64,000 nt of DNA from Longimicrobiales bacterium (GTDB taxonomy: Bacteria > Gemmatimonadota > Gemmatimonadetes > Longimicrobiales > Gaopeijiaceae). Location of the stretch: the NCBI GenBank assembly GCA_965249725.1, contig CBDFMQ010000002.1, positions 832,001 to 896,000 of the forward strand. The letters are read 5' to 3'. A program made the translations under genes and the position numbers. Under the pieces are notes generated by a model. The model was not told where the DNA came from and ran no database searches. It worked only from the letters and a program-made list of their open reading frames with translations. This document shows, piece after piece, positions 62,341 through 64,000 of this stretch. Numbering within the stretch: position 1 is the first letter of the stretch; each line of letters begins with the position of its first letter.

Positions 62341-62919
62341 ATGCTGCTGGTTCTGGACAACTACGATTCCTTCACCTTCAACCTCGTCCAGTACTTGGGT
62401 GAGCTGGGGGCCGATGTCGTGGTGTTGCGGAACGACGAGCGGACGGTCCAGGAGATCGTCGACCTCGCCCCGGATCGGGTCGTCGTATCACCAGGGCCGT
62501 GCACACCTCGAGAGGCCGGGATCAGCATCGAGCTGTTCCGGAGTCTCGGGTCGTCCACGCCGATGCTCGGCGTCTGTCTGGGTCACCAGGCTCTCGGAGA
62601 GGCCTTTGGTGGGACGACGGTGCGGGCGGATCGAGTGATGCACGGCAAGACGGCGCTGGTCCGGCACACAGGGGACGGGATCTTCGACGGTATCCCGTCG
62701 CCCTTCGTCGTGGCCCGGTACCACTCGCTCGTGACCGACGCCGGCGCTCTGCCCGAGGAACTCGTGCAGGTGGCATGGAGCGGCGTCGCCGAGGGAGAGT
62801 CTTCGGAGGTGCAGGCCATACGACACCGGGATCACCCCCTCTGGGGCGTTCAATTCCACCCCGAGAGCTTGTTCTCCGAACACGGCAAGACGCTGTTGGC
62901 GAACTTCTTGGCACTCTAG
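62341..62919 (+). CDS. Anthranilate/aminodeoxychorismate synthase glutamine amidotransferase (TrpG/PabA family)
   Basis: DNYDSFTFNL, SPGPC, GVCLGHQ, RYHSL, QFHPES. Confidence 0.93.
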   Translation: MLLVLDNYDSFTFNLVQYLGELGADVVVLRNDERTVQEIVDLAPDRVVVSPGPCTPREAGISIELFRSLGSSTPMLGVCLGHQALGEAFGGTTVRADRVMHGKTALVRHTGDGIFDGIPSPFVVARYHSLVTDAGALPEELVQVAWSGVAEGESSEVQAIRHRDHPLWGVQFHPESLFSEHGKTLLANFLAL

Positions 62920-63068
62920 GGGCCTCTACGGGCGGCCTGGAGGGGCCCGGGGGTCCGATTCGACGCTTTTTTGCCCTCAAGGCCGTTGCCACCTCAGCCG
63001 GGCCCGGATAACTTAACTGGCGTGATATTTGCATCATCGGCCTCCGCCTCGAGTCCTGGAAGGGACCG

Positions 63069-63851
63069 TTGAGCGGCCGCGTCCTCGGCATCGTTCCGGC
63101 GCGGCTGGCCTCTACCCGCCTCCCCAACAAACCCCTGTATCCCCTCCTTGGTCGACCGCTGATCGAGTGGGTGTGGCGGCGTGTGGAAGCGATGAGCGTA
63201 CTGGATCATGCCGTCGTGGCGACGGACAGCGAAGAGGTCGCGGACGTATGCACGGCGCTGGGGGCTCCGGTAGAGATGACGTCGTCCGAGCATCCGTCGG
63301 GCACCGACCGTGTTGCCGAAGTGGCCGAGCGAACGGCGTTCGAGGATTACGACGTGGTGGCGAACATCCAAGGGGACGAGCCGCTCCTGAACGAGCTGCA
63401 CTTGGATGCCGCTCTTTCTTTGGTGCGGGACGACGCGTGGGAAATCGGCACCTGCGCCACGCCTCTCATGGACGAGGATACCCGGACGGACCCGGCGGCC
63501 GTGAAGGTGGCGCGGGCGGCCGGGGGGCGAGCGCTCTACTTCTCGCGGGCGCCCATCCCTTACGTACGTGACGGAAAGCCGGACCCCAAGGATCTGGAGA
63601 GGGAGCCGTTCCTGCGGCACATAGGAATCTACGCGTACACTCGTAATGCTCTGGCGCGTTGGGTCGCATTGGCCCCGTCGCCCCTGGAGCAGCTGGAACA
63701 GTTGGAGCAGCTGAGACCTCTCGAGGCGGGCCTTCGCATCGGAGTGGCCATCGTGGGTCAGGCAGACCCTGGGGTGGACACGCCGGCGGATGCGGTCCGC
63801 ATGGAAGAGAAATTGGCTAGACTCGAAACCCTCAATTCACGAAGCGAATGA
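63069..63851 (+). CDS. kdsB: 3-deoxy-manno-octulosonate cytidylyltransferase
   Basis: [36 protein letters not shown]. Confidence 0.94.
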   Translation: MSGRVLGIVPARLASTRLPNKPLYPLLGRPLIEWVWRRVEAMSVLDHAVVATDSEEVADVCTALGAPVEMTSSEHPSGTDRVAEVAERTAFEDYDVVANIQGDEPLLNELHLDAALSLVRDDAWEIGTCATPLMDEDTRTDPAAVKVARAAGGRALYFSRAPIPYVRDGKPDPKDLEREPFLRHIGIYAYTRNALARWVALAPSPLEQLEQLEQLRPLEAGLRIGVAIVGQADPGVDTPADAVRMEEKLARLETLNSRSE

Positions 63852-64000
63852 TGACGGATACTGACGTGCGACAGACCAAGTACATCTTCGTGACCGGCGG
63901 CGTCGTCTCCTCACTGGGGAAGGGCATAGCCGCGGCATCGTTGGGACGAATCCTCAAGGAGCGCGGCCTGAGAGTCACTCTCCAGAAGTTCGATCCCTAC
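63848..64000 (+). CDS. pyrG: CTP synthase, 5' end (runs off the window)
   Basis: Manual translation [24 protein letters not shown]...QKFDPY; ATGA overlap with kdsB. Confidence 0.95.
   Translation, partial: MMTDTDVRQTKYIFVTGGVVSSLGKGIAAASLGRILKERGLRVTLQKFDPY

Overview
GC-rich bacterial chromosomal window. Gene content and order suggest Gemmatimonadota (inference only). (1) 1-4162 is the distal end of an integrated phage/satellite-like element: a sigma-region-4-like HTH gene fused by an apparent deletion to a headless phage replication initiator, a DnaB-type helicase, a possible separately encoded DnaB N-domain, an excisionase-like HTH and a cargo lipoprotein. It ends in a duplicated 3' half of tRNA-Arg(UCU), the att site. 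(2) About 4.3-17 kb is accessory: a small Cys/His ORF plus frdABCD, gene fragments, a SnoaL-like lipoprotein, and a ~1,760-aa surface lipoprotein (Ig-like/DUF11/beta-helix) split by an indel-riddled IS3-family element with a chimeric right end. (3) 17-64 kb is mostly core: REC-PAS-PAS, arfB, AI-2E, csp, YheT hydrolase, tag, M1 aminopeptidase, dcd, nuoA-N (Rex-like operator upstream, palindromic insert between nuoL and nuoM), PMM/PGM, UPF0182, sucCD, EIIA-like/CBS protein, ndk, yceD-rpmF-plsX-fabHDG-acpP-fabF, ispF, dedA, xerD, an S41 protease with an in-frame TGA, nadE, a Zn-ribbon protein, pabA/trpG, kdsB and the start of pyrG. No CRISPR array or rRNA. I cannot establish a wholly new system from sequence alone. 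The best candidates are the tRNA-Arg element with its split DnaB module, the small ORF leading frdABCD, the IS-split giant surface protein and the EIIA-like/CBS fusion.
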